A DNA stretch of 64,000 nt, from contig NW_027191405.1 of assembly GCF_041146345.1 (NCBI RefSeq), forward strand, positions 1,302,001 through 1,366,000. Reading direction: 5' to 3'. Position numbers and translations under genes: made by a program. This DNA is from Neodothiora populina (Eukaryota). Shown here in pieces: positions 35,735 through 47,847 of this stretch (its first letter is position 1; every line of letters starts with the position of its first letter). The notes below the pieces were generated by a model. It was not told the DNA's origin. It did no database searches and saw nothing but the letters and a program-made list of their open reading frames with translations.

Positions 35735-37003
35735 ATGGCTCTTTCATCTCGTATCCCCTCGATCAAGTTGGTAATCTCATATATCTTGGATTGGATCATC
35801 ATCATGTAAAGCTCTCTGCAATGTACGGCAAAATCGAGGTACCATATACTGATGAAACCAGAGGAATTGCCGCTGTTGGTGGAGGCGTCAGTTTCATATC
35901 GCCCTACCGCCGTCCATTTTCTCCTGTCGACTTATCGATATCATATCCACACGTCGAGCATGATCTCATCTCTACCGTGGTTCTTGTTGTGATCAGTCTT
36001 ATTGCTCCAGCAATCATCATATTCCTATACTCTGCGATATTGATTCCTTGGCCGGGCAAGCAGTCGAGGACCTCACAGTCCACATTCTGGAAGCGCAAAT
36101 TATGGGAGTTCAATGCGGGGTGGTAAGTCAAATGTCAATGTGTTCATCGCACTACTACAGGTAGCTGACCCATTGTCTACTTACAGGATGGGGTTAGCGC
36201 TTAGCTATGCACTTGCTTTTATGATCACTCAAGGCATCAAGAATTTGATTGGCAAGCCACGCCCTGATCTCCTATCTCGCTGCCAGCCAGACTTGGCGAA
36301 CATTGCGGATCATGTTGTTGGCGGCTACTTTGGCCGGGACGTCGCTCCCACGTGGACACTGGTCTCGAGCTCTATCTGCACGCAAACAGATCATGCTCTG
36401 CTCGACGAGGGTTTCAGGAGCTTTCTCAGCGGGCACAGCTCCAACGCTTGGGCAGGCCTGACTTATCTCTCCCTCTGGCTAGCTTCTAAACTCAACCTCT
36501 GCATCCCGTACCTTCATCCTCAGACTATGATCAATGAAAAGAGACAGGCAGAAGTCAAGGCAGCATCCGCAGTAGACGATAGATCCACTTTGCTGCCGCT
36601 GCATTACCACGATCCCAACTCGAACGCCACCTCGAGACCTGTTGTAGCTTTTGAGCGAGCTGCTGCACCACCATTGTTTGGCGTAGCGTTCTGTCTGGTC
36701 CCTGTATGTGTTGCATTTTACATCGGCTCCACCCGTTATGTCGATTTCAAGCACAAAGGACTTGATATATTCTCCGGGTCTGTTCTCGGCATAATGACGG
36801 CATGGCTGGGTTTCAGACTATATCACGGCTCTTTGACCAGAGGCGAAGGGTGGGCGTGGAGTCCTCGGCACGAAGACAAGGCTTTTGCCGTCAGCAGTGG
36901 AAGTGATGGATGGGTTGGAGGTGGCAGTATGCCAAATAACCAGTCGCGACCTAGTACAGAACGACCCATGACGGTCGGGTCCGAGAGTGGCATGAGCAAG
37001 TGA
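35735..37003 (+). CDS. PAP2-family lipid phosphate phosphatase (Dpp1/Lpp1-like)
   Basis: Exons 35735-35805, 35862-36122, 36187-37003. SYILDW, C1 KNLIGKPRPD, C2 SFLSGHSS, C3 STRYVDFKHKGLD; multiple TM segments. Confidence 0.9.
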
Positions 37004-38204
37004 AGCATTCCTGAAGCTACTTCAAGTGGGTCCTTTATCTCCTCAGTGCTTGTTGCACTCAATGCCTTTCTACGTGGAAGTGAAAATATTTTTCTCCTTA
37101 CAATCACGTTGTCTCATCTGTTTGCTAGCAATAAGGAAGCAGTCTTGGAAATCACTCCTAACTACGGCAGGATCATTAATTCTTGAGTCAAAGGTGTATC
37201 GTTATCCTCCTTCAAGTGTACCATGAACTATATGACTGAAGAATCTCACGAAGAGGACGTCTATCCCAAGCTGGCTAGACTCGAGTAAATGCGACACGGC
37301 AGACATGCGAACGAATTGCAGCGCTCAGTTGAGGTATCTATACATCGCAGATAACTTTGCGGACAACTCGACCCGCAGTCATTTTAAAGCTGACAATGAC
37401 CAGGAACGGTCTTGTTCTGTTCATGGGAACAATCCACGTGAAGCCGATTCTGCCAAGACCATGGTTAAGGTTTTTGGAGATCTCACATTTCACAATCATT
37501 TCACGCTCTACCTCTCGCTTACTCCGTTCTATTGCTTCACCGACCTGCTGCGCCTCGTGCAGCTCGAATATCCCTCATACCTGAATTTTAAAAAAACATG
37601 GCCAACACATGGCAGATTGCGCGACAAACGACCGATCCAGTACACTTCATCGTCGACGTTGCATCGCACAAAGTAGGTTCTCGCCGTCGGCAAGTTTCAT
37701 ATTTGACCAATCTCGAAAATCGCGCAGCGTCGAAAAGCTGTACCGGAAAGTGCATTACCACAACAACTCTGCATGGCCACAGCCCCCGGAGGGACCAGTA
37801 AATCTCTCATAGGGGTTTTTCCATACATATCCACTTCTCAAACCGAGTGTGTTCAGCGTGGGACGTTGGGGATACCACTGCAATGCTTACCCTGCCTGTA
37901 ATCTCAGCTTCCCAGGTTGGTCTAGTTGTGTGGCCATTAATCGCGCTGTAGATCGTGTGCGCCCCAATGCTGTGCAAACGAAGATATGGTGGGCTCATGT
38001 CTGCCTGGTAGGTCGTTTCTCACATAAGAAGTCTTGAGCAGGCTATAGCATCGAGGTGAATATTCATCATCTGCTATCGCGTCCTTGGTAGTTGAAAGCT
38101 CGTTGCACATCTTGTTGCCTGTAGAGCATCCTTGCTCACTTCTTTGTGTCGCTCCGAAGTGAACACCTCTCCTTTCACTTTCTACTTCTACTTTCTCGTC
38201 CATC

Positions 38205-41200
38205 ATGTCATCAATCCGCAAGTCTCCATCGATTGAGATTGGGTTAGAAAGATACGATACTACGGATGTTGAGCGAGGAATCACGAGTCCTCGCATCACC
38301 TTTGGGCCCGATGACCGAGTTGACCGGCGAGCACGAAGTCGTCACCATTCTCGTGGTCGGTCTGCAAGTCGTGACTCGATCAGTAGCATCCGCAGTAGAG
38401 CCCAATCAACAGCAGCAGGCATTCCTATCGAGTTTCGTACCCTGTCGTTCCAGGTTGTCAACACACAAGATCGACTCCACCAAGTAGATAAGTCAGACAA
38501 GCGCAAGCTCAAGCAGTCTAGAAAGGCACAAAAAGCACAGAAGAAACAGGACACGAAACAGCAGGACGCGGACCACTTTGAGAAGCTTGACTACCACACC
38601 CTCGACATCGTAACGATATCGAGAACTCTAGGTACTTCTGCTGATCAAGGCCTGTCGTCTGACGATGCTTTTTCACGTCTAGCAAGAGATGGAAAGAACG
38701 CACTGCCCCGTTCCAAGAACAACTACGCGAAGATGTTGTTCCAATACTTCTTTGGAGGGTTCTGCTCTGTTCTTTGGGTTGGTGTGATAGTCTTCTTCAT
38801 TTGTTGGCGTCCACTCGGTAATCCCAATCCTCAAGCATACAACCTCGGCCTGGCTATCCTCATCTTGATCGTCATTGTTCTTCAGGCATGCTTCTCTGCC
38901 TTCCAGGATTGGTCCACAGGACGTACGATGAACGCCATCCTAGACCTCCTTCCAGCAGAAGCACTCGTCATCCGTAATAGTGCTGCTAGCAAGGTTCCTT
39001 CTACCGATCTCGTCGTTGGCGATCTCGTCAAGGTCTCCATCGGCAACAAAGTTCCCGCCGATATGCGCCTCTTGAGTACATCCGGAGATGTACGCTTTGA
39101 CCGATCGATGCTTACTGGAGAGAGCGACGAGATAGAGGGAGCTGTTGATGCTACTGAGAAGAACTTCCTCGAAACTCGTAACATTGCACTTATGGGCACG
39201 ATGGTGACAAACGGAAGCGCGATAGGAATCGTCGTCCTTACTGGTGCAAACACCTCTATGGGTCGCATCTCTACTGCCATGTCGAGCGTCAAGGAGAAAC
39301 CTACTGTCATTCAGCGCGAGATCAACCGATTCGTTATGATCATTGTTGTTTTGACTGTGACGCTGGTCGTAGCCATCGTTGTCGCATGGGCAGCTTGGCT
39401 TCGTCGCGACCATAAAGGCTACATGAACGTTACCGCCATGCTGAACAATGCTATGGGATGCGTAGTGGCCTTCATACCTGAGGGTATGCCCGTTGCAGTC
39501 GCTCTGACTCTCATGATGGTCGCGCGTCGAATGAAGAACAACAACATTCTTCCCAAAGGCCTTTCTACTGTCGAAACACTTGGCTGTGTCAACGTCATAT
39601 GCAGCGATAAGACAGGAACGCTGACAGAAAACAAGATGGTCGTCACCACCGTCGGTTTTGTTGATGCACAGTTGACAGTCGACGAGGCTCTTCCAAGACT
39701 CAAGGAAATGGGCATGTTACCTCTCAACCTACTTCACCGTGCCGCGGCTCTCTGCAATGATGCCAGCTTCGAGCCCACAGATATGGCATCGCCGGTCATG
39801 GATCGTAATGTTCAGGGCAATGCAACAGACGGTGCAGTCTTGAAATTTGCAGAGTCTGGTCAAGCCAGTGCAACTCATGTACTCCCTGACCAACATCCCA
39901 GAAAATACCAGATTGGTTTCAACTCGAAGAACAAATACATGGTCACCGTCCACGACGATATCGTCGACAACTCATGTGACTTTTCTGAGTCACTGGACAA
40001 GCCTAGCTACCTTCTGTACGCCAAGGGTGCTCCTGATGTACTGCTTCCCAGATGCAGATCTTGGTGGTCAACAAAAACCAATACTGTACAGCCGTTGGAT
40101 GAAGAGGCAAAGCAGAATTTTAAAGCCCTACAAGAGCGTCTTTCACGCAACGCAGAGCGTGTTATCCTTCTATGCCAGCGCCATTATCACCCTACTGAAG
40201 AAATTGGCACAAATGCCTTCGGCGACGAGGTCTCAGAGTCCGGTATCGCCGACTTGACCATAATCGGTGTCCTGGGTATCACCGATCCTCCCCGTCAAGA
40301 GACCGCGGCGACTGTAGCTGCATGCCGGCGCGCTGGTGCTCGTTTCTTCATGGTCACAGGCGACTTTGGACTCACAGGTGCAGCAATCGCTCGCAACGTG
40401 GGGATTTTCAGTAGTATTGTGGAGCCTGATACCTTCGAGACGATCGTATCTAAGAGAAACCAAGATGCTTCCTCCATCACTGCGACAAGCAACCGCTTGA
40501 GCGTTGGCGGAGACAATGGATCGCAACTCGAAAGTCTCCTTCTCGAAGGTCCCTCGATTTTCCAGCTCACAACACAAGACTGGGACATAGTCTGCGCATA
40601 TCGCGAGATCGTCTTCGCACGCACAACACCCGAGCAAAAGCTTCTGATCGTCAACAATCTCAAAGACCGCGACAATGTGGTCGCAGTCACTGGTGATGGT
40701 GTGAATGATGCTCCCGCTCTACGCGCAGCAGATGTCGGTATTGCTATCGCCAACGGCAGTGATGTCGCGCTGGAAGCATCCGATCTCATTCTGTTAGATC
40801 GCTTCGACTCCATCGTGGACGCCATCAGACTCGGGCGATTGGTTTTCCAGAACCTGCAAAAGGGCATCGCGTACCTCCTGCCAGCAGGTTCATGGTCTGA
40901 AATCTGGCCCGTGGTCTTCAACGTGTTCTTCGGTCTACCTGCGCCTCTGTCATCCTTCCTCATGATCATCATTTGTGTTTTCACAGATCTATTCCTGTCT
41001 CTCTCCTTGATCATGGAGAAGGAAGAGTTTGATCTCCTGACTTTGCCACCACGCAACCACAAGAAGGAACATCTTATCAACGCCAAGATCTACGGCCAAT
41101 CTTACTTGTTCATCGGAATGATGCAGGTCATCGGGGCGCACTCCATGTTCTTCCTCTACATGTGGAAGTACGCACGATTTACACCTGGAGATCTCTTTCT

Positions 41201-41606
41201 CGCTTTTGGAGCTTATACAGATGGTTTCCACGGGTACACGCAGGAGGAACTTGCGCATCTCAACACGGTCGGTCAGAGCGTCTATTTCATCACTCTGGTC
41301 ATCATGCAATGGGGTAATCTGCTCTCCGTGCGCAACAAGAAGATGTCGATTTTCCAGGCCGACCCATTCTTCACCCCTGGAAGAAGGAACCCTTGGTTAT
41401 TGGCTGGCATGGCAATGTCGCTCGCCATCGCCATCTTCGTCACCATGGAGCCTGGTCTGCAGAGGATTTTCGGTACCGCGAGTGTGCCGATCGAGTTTTG
41501 GTTCTTACCGCTGCCTTTGGCGTTGGGCGTGTTGGTGATTGATGAGGTCAGGAAGGTGGGCGTTAGAGCTTTCCCTAATGGTTGGTTGGCTAAGATCGCG
41601 TGGTGA
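38205..41606 (+). CDS. P-type II cation ATPase, Na+/K+-ATPase-like (fungal ACU type)
   Basis: Intronless, 1133 aa. LTGES, VAFIPEGMP, ICSDKTGTLTEN, KGAPD, DPPR, MVTGD, VFARTTPEQKL, TGDGVNDAPAL, GRLVFQNLQK; C-terminal DEVRK..R..P.GWLAKIAW. Confidence 0.92.
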   Translation: MSSIRKSPSIEIGLERYDTTDVERGITSPRITFGPDDRVDRRARSRHHSRGRSASRDSISSIRSRAQSTAAGIPIEFRTLSFQVVNTQDRLHQVDKSDKRKLKQSRKAQKAQKKQDTKQQDADHFEKLDYHTLDIVTISRTLGTSADQGLSSDDAFSRLARDGKNALPRSKNNYAKMLFQYFFGGFCSVLWVGVIVFFICWRPLGNPNPQAYNLGLAILILIVIVLQACFSAFQDWSTGRTMNAILDLLPAEALVIRNSAASKVPSTDLVVGDLVKVSIGNKVPADMRLLSTSGDVRFDRSMLTGESDEIEGAVDATEKNFLETRNIALMGTMVTNGSAIGIVVLTGANTSMGRISTAMSSVKEKPTVIQREINRFVMIIVVLTVTLVVAIVVAWAAWLRRDHKGYMNVTAMLNNAMGCVVAFIPEGMPVAVALTLMMVARRMKNNNILPKGLSTVETLGCVNVICSDKTGTLTENKMVVTTVGFVDAQLTVDEALPRLKEMGMLPLNLLHRAAALCNDASFEPTDMASPVMDRNVQGNATDGAVLKFAESGQASATHVLPDQHPRKYQIGFNSKNKYMVTVHDDIVDNSCDFSESLDKPSYLLYAKGAPDVLLPRCRSWWSTKTNTVQPLDEEAKQNFKALQERLSRNAERVILLCQRHYHPTEEIGTNAFGDEVSESGIADLTIIGVLGITDPPRQETAATVAACRRAGARFFMVTGDFGLTGAAIARNVGIFSSIVEPDTFETIVSKRNQDASSITATSNRLSVGGDNGSQLESLLLEGPSIFQLTTQDWDIVCAYREIVFARTTPEQKLLIVNNLKDRDNVVAVTGDGVNDAPALRAADVGIAIANGSDVALEASDLILLDRFDSIVDAIRLGRLVFQNLQKGIAYLLPAGSWSEIWPVVFNVFFGLPAPLSSFLMIIICVFTDLFLSLSLIMEKEEFDLLTLPPRNHKKEHLINAKIYGQSYLFIGMMQVIGAHSMFFLYMWKYARFTPGDLFLAFGAYTDGFHGYTQEELAHLNTVGQSVYFITLVIMQWGNLLSVRNKKMSIFQADPFFTPGRRNPWLLAGMAMSLAIAIFVTMEPGLQRIFGTASVPIEFWFLPLPLALGVLVIDEVRKVGVRAFPNGWLAKIAW

Positions 41607-41816
41607 TGGAGGAGCTAGACATACAGAAAAAGAGAGAGAGATCGGGAAAGGTTGAAGTAACTTTTGTATGGTAGACGTGTGTATGGGCACATGACTTTAT
41701 GAGATGCTAGTTAAAACGACGAATGATACTTTATGATCATGTCTAATGCGTTTCGTTTATCTCGCCTTCTTGTAATGGGCTCTGAATGAAACAATGTGAG
41801 CGTAGCAATTGCGTCG

Positions 41817-43622
41817 TCATCGAATCCATATACTAGGTGAGATCCAGAAGCCCCGTCTCTTGGGAGGATTCTGCTCCACCGGTTGATCTCTGAAGCCTTC
41901 GAAATACTGTGACGACTTGTTAGCACCACTAATCACAAGAGCAGACTTGGCATGAAAAAAATACCTTTCGCCTGAAAGCGTTCAGTTCAGAAGCAGTCGT
42001 GCCTGCTATCTCTGCTTTTCTTATTCTGGACCGCAAGGCTGCTTCGTCAATCTGATCTTCAGGAATGCGTTCATAGGTCAATAGTCTCCTAGCCCCTGAA
42101 TCATGGTGGTCAATACCAGCTCATACTTCGTTGTCTGCACGTAGCTATGTACAGCTGGGAAAAGAGTGTACTTGCACTTGTTGAATTGTTGTACGCTGAC
42201 GCTGACCAATCGCATCGCGGGATGACTCGGTATAGCAATTTCGGTGTCTTCGTCATTGGCGGTCGGCATCCACATGCAGAGACGTCCGTTGTCCACTAGC
42301 ATATCATAGCCAAAGTCGAGGATATCGTCCAACATCGCCTCGAAGCTGTATGCTCGTTTTGGAGGAATGTAACCAGCTTGTCTGTGCGGTCGTGTTAGCG
42401 AACAATAAGATCAATATGAGTCGGTTGTAGATGCTTACAGATGTGCAGGCACTCCATTCGGAAGAATAACCTCCTTCTTCAGGTCCTCTTTGACGCTGCC
42501 GAGGACTTTCAATCCTTCTCGTACACCATAGGGCGGATCGCAAACGATTCCGTCGAGCCACCTGCCTTTCCTCCCGCCTAAGCCACCAAGACAACCTCTC
42601 AGTGGCGAATTCGTCAAGTCACTAACGAAGCCATCCAGATAACGGTGTAGGGTCCCGTATTGCACAAAGTTGCTGACAACGTTCCTCTTCGGCGTGCCGC
42701 GTATGCTCCGCCCGTCAATATCACTTCCCAGAACCGTAGTCCCAAACTCCGCACATGCAATAGGAAAACTACCTGTACCAGTGAAAGGGTCGTACATCAG
42801 CTTTCCCGGTCCAGCAAGAGCCATGTTAGCTGTCACGAGAGCCAGCTCCGAATCCATTGATGTGGTGCTGATGTATTTCCGCTTCTTGAGATCGTAAGTC
42901 TGGACCACACTCCTCGTACTCATACCCAACAGTCGTCCCAACGCCACTCGCTTGGGTTCAGCAGTCGTTTGGTGAGGATACTCCTCCAGAATCACGAATT
43001 CCTCATCCGGGTTCTTCATCGTAATCTTACCAGTGAACCCCACGAACTTGAAAGATTCGATGATGCCGCTTTTGTCGCTTTGATTGCGTTTGCCTTTGAA
43101 GCTGTCGATCTGAAATGAGAAGGTGCCTGTCTTGTACTGTGGCCATAGGTGCGAAGATCTTTCCTTGACGTCCTCGTGCAGTGAGGCATAATCTGGTCCT
43201 ATGCCCCATAGCTCGTATATCGCTGCCGCGAGTATTGAACGGCGAATGAGTCTTTTGGCATCATCTTCAGTTTGTAGTTTGATAATGCAGTACGGTGACT
43301 GGATTTTGTTTTAGCCCATGGTCTCGTTTGTGTGGGGAACGCACACCGAGATCAGCACGCTGCAGTCAGGAAGCAGAAATAGATCGAAAGTTTCTGACTG
43401 TAGATTCTTCGTCTGGTGACAGCAGATCCTCCAAAAGGATCATTCCAAAGAACAAAGGACTGCAGCCCGCTCTGCTCCCGACCTTTGGTAGCATATATTA
43501 TAACCTACATCATCTGAATATTCAACCACTTCCACCTCCACCCCTGCCAACGCCGATAGAGATCGCAGCTCTGGTAATCTAAAGGTCTCGTGTATTTGCA
43601 CGAACCGCACAAGATACTCCAT
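41817..43622 (-). CDS. TRM11: tRNA (guanine(10)-N2)-methyltransferase catalytic subunit
   Basis: Exons 43622-43509, 43298-42439, 42381-42176, 42095-41965, 41906-41817. MEYLVRFVQIHETFRLPEL, YDLKKRKYISTTSMDSEL, YDPFTGTGSF, GSDIDGR, DGIVCDPPYGVREG, YIPPKRAY, FNKWARRLLTY, FRRKYF. Confidence 0.93.
43345..43482 (-). ncRNA. Candidate structured RNA element inside TRM11 intron 1
   Basis: Nested helices found by eye on the sense strand: GTCGGGA/TCTCGGT, AGCG/TGCT, GCTGCAGTC/GACTGCAGC, GTTCTTTG/CGAAGAAT, GATCCT/AGGATC, CAGAAA/TTTCTG. Class unknown. Confidence 0.4.
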
Positions 43623-43982
43623 TGCCTGAAATTTTTCTTCTCTCTTAAGAATTTATGCTTCCAAGTGAAATGAGAGAATCCTTGGTGTGAGAATGTTCCG
43701 TAGTCTGACTTGCGATGATACTACAACAGTATGAATTGTAGTTAACAGTAGCTCATGCTGAATATGCCAGAAACTGAAGTGGTAGCCATATATATAATAA
43801 TAGTACACATGTAAAGGAAGTCGGGCGTATATGGACGGAAAAGCACGAGTCATTTTGATGGCTTGCTTGGCGCTAATTCAGTCAGAAAATTGTGGCGAAG
43901 GCCACTAAGCATCAGATGAAAACAATTTAGAAACCATTAAATAATTATACAGACCGCCTATATGTGCTGTGTAATTTTGTAT

Positions 43983-45587
43983 CTACTCTACGAAGAGCAA
44001 CCACCAACTTCCGATTATCAAGACAAATAAGATAATAGCAGTGATGATCCCGGCACCTGCCTTGTCCCCAGTAGTGATTGGGCTCGTAGCAGCGGAAGGC
44101 CGACCGCCTGAGCCACCACCACCTGAGCCACCAGAACCAGTGCCGCTACCGGCGGTCGGGTTTCCCTTACTCGTACCACCGGTTGAATTGGAGTATGGGG
44201 CGGAGAGATGTTCAGTATCAATGAGTATTGTGTTGATGACAGCCATCGCGCACATCTGCTCACCAACGCCGTACGTTCCGTCCCATGTGGTAGTGTTCCA
44301 TTCGTGCCCACATGTGATGCCATCAGTACCTCCGTCGCACTGGCCAGCGGCGCCAATGGCAGACTTGCGCAGGTACGCGAAGATTCGGTCGTAGACTGGA
44401 GGTACTAGCTGAGCAGTCAAAGCTAGCCAGCGCGATAGGAAAGACTTGAAACTTCGCTGATCATTGTTACAATTACCCAACGGCTCGCAAGTGATCTCGA
44501 CCATAATCATATCGCCCATGTTTGCAGGGAAGAAGGTGGTCAAAGTGGTGTTAAGAAGGCCTTCAAGCCTGTTATACCAGACATCACTTCCGTTGGTCTA
44601 TGACACTTCAGTACATTACTTTTGCTTGAGCGTGCGAGAATGGAAGTCAACTTACATGATTGTACATGAAAGCCATGCCGACGAGGAAGGTACCGTAGTT
44701 GTAAGACCACTGAAGCTGATCGGCGTCGCTGCAGTTGTTGTCCGTACTGGTACCATCGTTCACTTGCCACTTCGATTGATCGAAGAGAACCGAGCCCTCG
44801 AACCAATCCCACGTCTTCTCGGCCCAATCAGAGTAAGTCGAGTTGTCAGTGTAACGTGCTAGACGCGCTGCAAGCTGGAAGAATCCACCGTTGGAGATGG
44901 TGTTCTTGTAATCAAAACCGGCATTGAAGGTGAAAATTTGCCAGCGAAGACCACCGTTACATTTGAGCGTGTCCCATCGGAGGGCTTGCTCGTTGAAGAC
45001 TGCCTGCGCAAGAGCCAGCCAGCCAGGTTCGTTATCAGGAGGGTTAGGATAATTCAACTCCGCAGCACTCATAGCAGCAAATGCCCAAAACATTTGATCG
45101 TCGTTTCCCTACGAAAGTCAATACCAAGTTCGATTTCGTCAAAGACGTTGCTGTTGACTTACGAGTGACTTGGACTGATTAGCAGGCATGAAGTCACTGT
45201 CGTCTCCGATTTGATGTTGAAGTGCTTGCGTAACTTCTTCATTGTAAGTGGTGTCGCCGGTATAATACCAATATTCGACCATATGGCCAAACATAGCACC
45301 AGCCTCCCACCAATAGTATGGTGCAGGCAAATTACCAGGCACATCACCAGTGTGATTGCCGGTATAGTATTTCATCATGCCATATGCGACTTGCGACGAA
45401 GCAGCCTTGATGGAATCTACAGCTCATCAGTAAGACAAAGTCGGCACACCAGCGGCAGACTTAGTGACCAGGACTGACCAGAATTGGTGACATCTATAGT
45501 AAGAGCATGCGACAACTGGGGCAACAACGACGAGAAGCAGAGCAAGCTCACGGCTGACGCCAGACGGTCGGAAACGCGGCGATACAT
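43983..45587 (-). CDS. GH76 alpha-1,6-mannanase, GPI-anchored (Dcw1/Dfg5-like)
   Basis: Exons 45587-45479, 45416-45163, 45108-44656, 44597-43983. Signal peptide, [11 protein letters not shown], catalytic [41 protein letters not shown] and a C-terminal hydrophobic tail. Confidence 0.95.
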
Positions 45588-47847
45588 GGCCCTACCAGCA
45601 GGCCCAGAGTAAAAAGAGCGACTGTATATTTTACTTCCGCTTTTTTGCGCGAGCGAGAGAGTGTAGGTAGGAGATCCAGGATGAAACCAAAGGCAGAGAA
45701 CACAACCAAGAGCGAAGGGTGGAGTTGCTTCTCGCGCCTTGTCGAGTATAGGTGTATTTAGGAGGTGGCTTCTATGAAATTTCCGGGAGATGAACGCGTA
45801 TCGCCGCCACGCTGGGGCCCACGTATTTTCTAAAGAAAGATCCGTCCGCAACAACACAGCCGGACTCTCCAACCTCAGGGTCAATTGCGAATTTGCATAC
45901 TTGTGGGACCGACCCGTAGGGCAGTTTGGGGAGTTCAAACAAGAACCCCTTTGTGATGACGAGGCAGCCCTACGCAATCAAAGGGCCGATCACCTTGATC
46001 AGGTTTAACACACCCTATCATAGCTAGCGTATCATTATATGCTTCTGTATCTGAATACAATAGCTGCGCCTTATATTATGCAATATGCATGTGTGATGCG
46101 TGGGTGTAAGATCTAGCACTCCACACTATGTCGCAATCAATTTTTATATAGAGACGTCCCCATGAGTATTTAAGCTCCTTGGTGTCACCAAGACTTATAC
46201 ATAAGCTGGTGAGATATGATGCTTGATTGTGCCAAGCGCTGCGGCCAAGAGCCGTTTGCTTCGTGATGCCACATGTACAGAACGCCCCAGCCGTTGCTTG
46301 TAGTGACTTTGACTTTTCCTTACGTACCGTCTGATTCGTCACCAACACCACGACCTGTGATGTCTTAATCTGGTCGTCGTGGGCTACAGAACAACAATCC
46401 GTGGACTGCCGTCTTACCCGCTATACAATTAGGGTCGTCATGTAAATGTTTATTCATCTCGCCAAGATATGCAGCTACCCAAGTGCGAACAGCATGCTCA
46501 TGTACTTGGACATTTAGTAGCCGTGAGGCTAGTCGGACTTATCCGCTTCTCCGCGTAGCATCTCCGTTCTTTTGAGATGTCGTGATCGCTGCCAACAAGT
46601 CATAGTACAGTAGCTGTCGTTACGGTCGCTTGGTGACAAGATGCAACTATTGACAATGCGAACAGCACACACAGAGTCACATCACTGATTTGTCCTTCCG
46701 CACGAGTCATGCTCAAAGGTTGGCTATCGCGAACTCCGAATACCGACCGACACGACCTGCACAATCGAATTGATCAACGACTCACCCTGGTATTAGAACA
46801 GACCACGGCTGCTTTGTCCTGTCACTGACTACACGAACACCTCATATTGCATAGCATGAGGCTTGTTCCAGAAGAACAAACAGAGTATATCCAGATGGGT
46901 CTCGACTCGAGTCGAAGAGCAGTATGATGCTTAGCGAGCCAATGGATTGAGACGACGTTAACACCTCGGCATCGCGGCCACGCCCATTCAAACCCGTCGG
47001 AGAGCAACATAGTTGTTTGACCTTAGGATGCTGGAGGCGAGAATGTGACGCATGATGGTGATACCAGATGCACTTATCTCAGGAGAGAGGTTGAATATAA
47101 GAAAAGGAAGCGATTTCTCCTCTTCCCTGACCGCAGCTCCTGGGATAGACTCGAACCCGACTTGTAAGCCCATACTGTGGAACAACGAAGAAAGCACACG
47201 ATTCGCCGAGCGGTATGGTATGGTACATCAACCGAGGGAAATCTCGTCCTATAGATAATTTATCCTTCGACTTGAAGAGCTTGCCACTGCCTCTGAATCA
47301 CGAGATCAAGGTTACACAGTCCTGTCATATGAAGGACCCGTGAGCTACATAAATGAGAGCATAGTACACGCATGCACAAGGTGGGAATTTGCCAATCTTT
47401 TGCAAATCATCACCTCTAAGATCGCCATTATTCGCTCGCCGAAACTTGGGGATTGAGATGCAAGTCTTATCAATTAGCCAGCCTGATTTTCTGCATGAGG
47501 CTAACGGAGGAATGGTGCTTGTGTGTACCGGTGAAAAGCCTGATTTGTTATGCATAATCGGCATACATGCAATATTCGTGCAGTCCGATATTGGGAGTTC
47601 GAAGCCTTGACATGCAGGAGACACAGAAAGACACTACTATGGAGGAATCGGGCGGCTAAATGTAAGTTGTATGCCTTATCTCAATGTGAGGGGTAAGAAG
47701 GCAGAGTCTTGAATATGGTACTTCAAGCGGCTGCTCTTCCAGATCAATTGCGAAGGTGTCTCTTCCCCCACTTGTCTCTGTTTGCTTGTGGCCTTGTGAT
47801 ATACTTCAGTGCTAAATGCAAGCGTCCCTACTGATGCTGTTGCTGTA

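Noticed and set aside
43299..43508. TPP riboswitch, C/D snoRNA or SRP RNA as the identity of the TRM11 intron structure
   Set aside because: There is no CTGAGA-type TPP core, no C box next to the terminal stem, no ACA placed after the second hairpin, and the SRP helix-8 pattern is incomplete. Left unclassified.
47148..47157. Isolated Pol III B-box GGTTCGAGTC on the minus strand
   Set aside because: The flanks do not form a T-stem, acceptor stem or A-box, so it is not a tRNA. At most it is a chance match or stand-alone TFIIIC site.
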